Below are positions 59,924 through 64,000 of a stretch of 64,000 bases of DNA, piece by piece. The notes under the pieces are model-generated. The model worked only from the letters and a program-made list of their open reading frames with translations, did no database searches and was not told where the DNA came from. Position numbers and translations under genes: made by a program. This DNA is from a virus (Duplodnaviria; Caudoviricetes): positions 64,001-128,000 of the IMG/VR virus record IMGVR_UViG_3300028797_000101; one strand, written 5' to 3'. Position 1 is the stretch's first letter, and every line of letters starts with the position of its first letter.

Positions 59924-60916
59924 ATGGGTGAAATAAAATTAACAGATACAGAGAATTATGAAAACATTGCTCAAGCTATTCGAGAACAATCTGAAACTGA
60001 AGATACTTATTTGCCTAGTGAGATGCCAGCTGCCATTCGATCGGTAGGTAACGGCAAAATGGATAAAGTAAATCCTACAGGTACCGGATCTTTTAGTTTG
60101 AATAGAAAAGCTTCAACAACAATAGGTCAGAATTCATTTGCTGAAGGAGAAAATACTACAGCTTCCGGATATGCGTCTCATGCAGAAGGTTTTAACACGA
60201 CGGCGAATCAACCATACTCACATGTTTCTGGAAAGAACAACAAAACCTTAGATGCAGATGTTATCTTTGTAGTGGGTAATGGTGAGCTCTGCATAAGTTC
60301 GAGCGATCTAGAAACAGAAAATCTCATACCTTCTGATGCTTTCGCTGTTAACAAAGAAGGATATGTAAGTGCAATGCAGTCGTTTTCAACTTCTTGTACC
60401 ACTGGATATTGTGAATATTTTAAGTGGAAATCTACTCCGGTATCTGATCCTGTAGGTTTATTTGTAACACTAGACGGAGATGAGCTTGTAGTTGCAGACA
60501 ATACATCGGATTATGTATTGGGTGTAGTTAGCGCGGCTCCTGCATTTGTAGCTAACGGTGATTGTGAAATAAGTGGTGAAAGATTTGTAAGGAATGATTT
60601 CAATGTTCTTAGCACTGTTCAAGGACACGGACAGTGGGATACATATCGAGTGTACGACGCCACTTATGATCCTACCGTATATATTAAGAAACGATTTGAT
60701 CCTGATTGGAGTGCTATTTGTTTACAAGGCAGAGTACGGGTGAAACAAGATGGCACTCTTGTAGTAAACGGTTATGCAGATGTAGATAGTTCAGGGGAAG
60801 CAACTAGTGCATCATATGGATATCGTGTAACTAAGATTATTTCGTCTTCTGTTGCTGAGATAATTCTTCTTGACAGAGGACCTTCTTGGGGAGTTGTTCC
60901 TGAAATAGTGCCTTAA
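59924..60916 (+). CDS. protein with peptidase G2-like intramolecular chaperone domain
   Basis: SFAEG..TTASG..SHAEG repeats; YCEYFKW...VGLFVTLDG...LGVVS...W...LQGRV.V.QDGT. Confidence 0.65.
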   Translation: MGEIKLTDTENYENIAQAIREQSETEDTYLPSEMPAAIRSVGNGKMDKVNPTGTGSFSLNRKASTTIGQNSFAEGENTTASGYASHAEGFNTTANQPYSHVSGKNNKTLDADVIFVVGNGELCISSSDLETENLIPSDAFAVNKEGYVSAMQSFSTSCTTGYCEYFKWKSTPVSDPVGLFVTLDGDELVVADNTSDYVLGVVSAAPAFVANGDCEISGERFVRNDFNVLSTVQGHGQWDTYRVYDATYDPTVYIKKRFDPDWSAICLQGRVRVKQDGTLVVNGYADVDSSGEATSASYGYRVTKIISSSVAEIILLDRGPSWGVVPEIVP

Positions 60917-60966
60917 ATTTCAGCAAAAAAAAATTCTGGAAATTCTAATAAAATTGGAAAAAGTTA

Positions 60967-60995
60967 TTGACTTTTTTGCCAGTTCCGTCTATAAT
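60967..60995 (+). promoter_or_regulatory. strong sigma70-type early promoter
   Basis: TTGACT-N17-TATAAT with an AAATTGGAAAAA UP-like element. Confidence 0.8.
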
Positions 60996-61085
60996 AATAC
61001 TTGTAGGGACATATAATTTCTAACTTCATATAGTATATCAAAAGCCGAACATCTCAAAGGATATCAAAATCGGAGGGCAAATAAT

Positions 61086-61724
61086 ATGATGAATCTTAGT
61101 AATGAATTTTTCGTAACGCGCAACATGCTCAGAGACGCTGTCTCTGCTGAGAAGTCGCTGTCTTATGAATCTTGGTTAGCTATCGCTGACGAGTATAAGG
61201 CAGCGGCTTTGTATTTGATCTTTTTTGATCAGATCTTACTTGCTTGGTATCGTCTTAGAACTCCCGCCGCAATCGAAGAGGAATGTGTTTCCGAAGTTCT
61301 CTTGTATCTCAACAAGAACGTTGATAAGATCAAAGAGGACAAGAAACGATTCTCTCCTGCATACATCTATAGAGTATGCTATAATTGCATCTATTGCAAA
61401 TCTGTAGATCCTTATTCCGGTCAAACTTCAAAAACCTCCTGGTTCAATAACACTTGCAGCAACATCGTTCATGTTGGAGAAGATGTTTTAGATCTTTTCG
61501 ATACTATTGTTGTTGAAACTGACATAATTGAAGAGCGCGTCAAAGCTGCAAACAGAGAACTCTTCTGGAGGCTCATTGAAGATTCTGACAAAGATACTGC
61601 TACCGTTATCAATGAGATCTTAGAGAACAAGAAGCCCTCTAAGAGATTATCTCCTGATAAGCGTGCAGCTATCATGGAAGGCCTCAGGAGAAAGTTCGCT
61701 AGCTTTGAAAGCGCATCATTCTAA
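61086..61724 (+). CDS. ECF-like sigma factor-related protein
   Basis: ALYLIFFDQILLAWYRL...EECVSEVLLYLNKNVDKI.....FSPAYIYRVCYN resembles ECF region 2. Confidence 0.5.
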   Translation: MMNLSNEFFVTRNMLRDAVSAEKSLSYESWLAIADEYKAAALYLIFFDQILLAWYRLRTPAAIEEECVSEVLLYLNKNVDKIKEDKKRFSPAYIYRVCYNCIYCKSVDPYSGQTSKTSWFNNTCSNIVHVGEDVLDLFDTIVVETDIIEERVKAANRELFWRLIEDSDKDTATVINEILENKKPSKRLSPDKRAAIMEGLRRKFASFESASF

Positions 61725-61746
61725 TATAGAAAGCGAGGGAAGAATA

Positions 61747-62139
61747 ATGAAGACTGAGAATATCAAAGTAAGTGGCCACAGAGGAACCTGGTACGTGATC
61801 GACACGAAGACTTATTTCGGCAGCATGCTTTATCTGCTAGAGCATGAAACATACGGTGATGAAACTAGCGGAGTCATCATTGATGCCGGAAACAATTTGA
61901 TCCTGGACGATGTCTGGAACGGATTTTTAGACTATGAGGAGTCTCCTATCTACGAAGTAAGCAAAGTTCTAGATATGGTCATTACGCAGGACGAATACGA
62001 ACAGGTGTGCGAGGATTGGCAGGCATTTTCACAAGATCCTTCTTCCTACACTGTAGTAGTTGCATCCATGGTCAAGTATGATATTGAAGAAGGGAGGGCG
62101 GAAAATGCTAAACAGTGTTCAAGTAACACAGAGAATTGA
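61747..62139 (+). CDS. conserved mobile-element domain protein (LPD-like)
   Basis: GHRGTWYVID...LLEHETYGDE...DVWNGF; GAAAGCGAGG RBS. Confidence 0.55.
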   Translation: MKTENIKVSGHRGTWYVIDTKTYFGSMLYLLEHETYGDETSGVIIDAGNNLILDDVWNGFLDYEESPIYEVSKVLDMVITQDEYEQVCEDWQAFSQDPSSYTVVVASMVKYDIEEGRAENAKQCSSNTEN

Positions 62140-62545
62140 ATTTAGCTGCTGCTATATTGAGAGTATGCGGTTCAATATTCATCGCTATCGCATGGAAGCT
62201 ACTGTAGTTTCCAAGAATCCGGAGAATGGTATTGTCATCGCTTTTGAAACACTTAAGCAGCTTATGAAGTCTGTTGTACCTGAGGACAATTCGTTCTTAT
62301 TCAGTAGAATAAAGACGGGCGAACAGGCAGCTCTTAAGAATTCGCTAGAGATGAATAAGATTGCTGTAGCAGTACTGCCAATCGAGATTTTAACTGCAGA
62401 AACGCTATGTAGTTATCTTGCAGGTCGATTGCAAAATGCACTTGATGCGTCTAAACAAGATGCATCTGTCATCAACTTGAAACTCAGAGAAACTAATGAT
62501 TCTTATGCAAGCTGGACTCGTCCAGAAACAGATGAATCGTTATGA
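62105..62545 (+). CDS. degenerate QueD/PTPS-fold protein
   Basis: IEFSCCY, HRYRMEATV, GIVIAFETLK, TAETL and LRETNDSYASW are collinear with QueD motifs. Confidence 0.65.
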   Translation: MLNSVQVTQRIEFSCCYIESMRFNIHRYRMEATVVSKNPENGIVIAFETLKQLMKSVVPEDNSFLFSRIKTGEQAALKNSLEMNKIAVAVLPIEILTAETLCSYLAGRLQNALDASKQDASVINLKLRETNDSYASWTRPETDESL

Positions 62546-62597
62546 TATGTGTAGAACATTCATGTTCTATAAATAAACAGAAAAGGAGAATAAAACA

Positions 62598-63332
62598 ATG
62601 GCTTTTAAGACACTCACTGACTACAATCAAGAGAGATATGGCGGATTGTTTCGCCTGGTCAACAACAACGACTTTGCAGATGTGATTTTCCTCTACAGGA
62701 AGATTGAAGATGTTCTCATTGCTGACACGCATTACATCAAGTCTGCTGATTACTCCGGATACGTTCACTGCTGCGGAAGAGGCTGTCCTGCATGTGGGAA
62801 GGGCCTCAAGGTTCAGAACAAGTTGTTCATTCCGCTGTATAACATCCAGGCAGGGGAGATCCAGTTCTTCGACAGAAACACGAGGTTCGAGAATCAGCTT
62901 GTAACAGATGTATTCCAGAAGTTTCCGAATCCTAGCGATTATGTTTTCCGGATCACTCGTAAGGGCGAGGCGAACGATATCAACACCACTTACACCATCC
63001 AGGCGGTAGGTAACAACACTGTTATGAGCTATGATGCGATCTGCCAGAAGTTCAACGCTTCCTTCCCTGCATACTACTCCAACATCTGCCGTGAAGTTTC
63101 TCCTGCAGAGCTCAGCAGCATGCTCAATGCTAGCAATGAATCCTCTTCCGAGAACTTTACCATGCCGGATTATCAGGTGACTCCTAGAGTATCCTCTAGC
63201 GCAGTACCTCCTGTAGTTACTCCTATTGAAGCTCTTGCGTTTGTAGATGTTCCTAACATGGAGCCTTCTGAGATCGATGTTCCTACTGCCGAATCTATTC
63301 CTACTTTGGACTCTGACGAAGTAAGTTTCTAA
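62598..63332 (+). CDS. single-stranded DNA-binding protein (gp32-like)
   Basis: HCCGRGCPAC, FIPLYN, RITRKG...TTYTI, acidic tail DSDEVSF; precedes the polymerase. Confidence 0.7.
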   Translation: MAFKTLTDYNQERYGGLFRLVNNNDFADVIFLYRKIEDVLIADTHYIKSADYSGYVHCCGRGCPACGKGLKVQNKLFIPLYNIQAGEIQFFDRNTRFENQLVTDVFQKFPNPSDYVFRITRKGEANDINTTYTIQAVGNNTVMSYDAICQKFNASFPAYYSNICREVSPAELSSMLNASNESSSENFTMPDYQVTPRVSSSAVPPVVTPIEALAFVDVPNMEPSEIDVPTAESIPTLDSDEVSF

Positions 63333-63350
63333 CAAAGGAGCAAAAATTCA

Positions 63351-64000
63351 ATGGGCTTATTTACGCTATCTCAGATTGATACTATCAATCAGGTAGCTGC
63401 TAAGAGCAAAGAAGTGCTTGAGCCTCCAAAGTCTACTAAGACAAAAAGTATAAATGATGAGTTAACATCTATATCTCAGAAAGTCATAGATTACTTCAAA
63501 GATTCGCCGGCAAAACTCATAACCACGGTAGATGAGCTCCATGATTATATCACTAAAGCTATTGAATCCGGATACGCCGGTATTGATACCGAGACGACAG
63601 GACTTGACAGGATAAAGGATACAATCGTTGGAGCTTCGCTATATTATCCTGGTGGAGTCGAAGTCTACATCCCGATGAAGCATCTTGTCCCAATATTTGA
63701 TACTCCTTATAAGAATCAGCTTACTTATGAGGAGGTGGGTCGAGAGTTTCAAAGACTTGCCGACAGCAACATCAAGCTCATATTTGCAAATGCCGATTTC
63801 GACTTGGCGATGATACACAAAGATCTCAAAGTAGATTTATGCGGTGTTTGCTTCTATGATGTTATACTCGCTTGGAGATGCCTCAAGGAGAATGAGCCAG
63901 ACAACAAACTGAAAATTCTTTACAACAAATATGTGCTGAAAGGGAAGGGTCATGCGATGAAGTTCCAAGATTTCTTTCCCGTTGATCTGTTTCCTTACTG
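63351..64000 (+). CDS. polA: family A DNA polymerase, N-terminal 3'-5' exonuclease (runs off the window)
   Basis: frame from ATG 63351 reads ...GIDTETTGLD...NADFDL...D; AAAGGAG RBS; not in the ORF track because truncated. Confidence 0.8.
   Translation, partial: MGLFTLSQIDTINQVAAKSKEVLEPPKSTKTKSINDELTSISQKVIDYFKDSPAKLITTVDELHDYITKAIESGYAGIDTETTGLDRIKDTIVGASLYYPGGVEVYIPMKHLVPIFDTPYKNQLTYEEVGREFQRLADSNIKLIFANADFDLAMIHKDLKVDLCGVCFYDVILAWRCLKENEPDNKLKILYNKYVLKGKGHAMKFQDFFPVDLFPY

Noticed and set aside
62493-63335. Long minus-strand ORFs (also 24808-25521 and 54591-55142)
   Set aside because: Antisense shadows of well-supported plus-strand genes
1-64000. Stop-codon reassignment
   Set aside because: Conserved genes are uninterrupted in the standard code, TAA, TAG and TGA all end genes, and no suppressor tRNA is present

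Overview
This window is a segment of a large tailed dsDNA phage genome, probably infecting a Firmicutes (Clostridia-like) host, judging from strong AGGAGG RBSs and TTGACT-N17-TATAAT promoters. Almost all genes are on the + strand and use the standard code. Order: (1) acidic putative virion-internal proteins, with a DarA_C-like and a SAM-methyltransferase domain; (2) UvrD helicase, Rad50/SbcC-like ATPase and NAD-dependent ligase; (3) tail/receptor-binding genes; (4) more acidic proteins sharing an N-terminal MK(R/K)x(I/V)x(A/S/C)(S/A/E) motif; (5) a queF-queC-queD-queE-folE-queT 7-deazaguanine cluster with a candidate preQ1 riboswitch, followed by an amidase; (6) a ~4 kb RNA island with 5 good tRNAs, a degenerate tRNA-Asn, two tRNA-shaped RNAs whose anticodon domain is replaced by a large insert, several unexplained structured segments and an orphan tnpB/IS605 right end; (7) a ~20 kb array of short, mosaic, translationally coupled genes joined by a recurrent GAAAG(C/T)GAG junction; (8) a divergent sigma-like and degenerate HNH pair, an iteron-like AT-rich region and a 188-nt RNA closed by a 25-bp stem; (9) a replication module (loader-like protein, DnaB, primase, SSB, start of PolA) with a second sigma-like gene and a degenerate QueD paralog. 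The best candidates for undescribed biology are the tRNA-shell/ncRNA island, the 188-nt origin-proximal RNA, the junction-motif cassette array and the putative capsid-targeting/cleavage motif. All calls were made by eye; no searches or folding programs were run.
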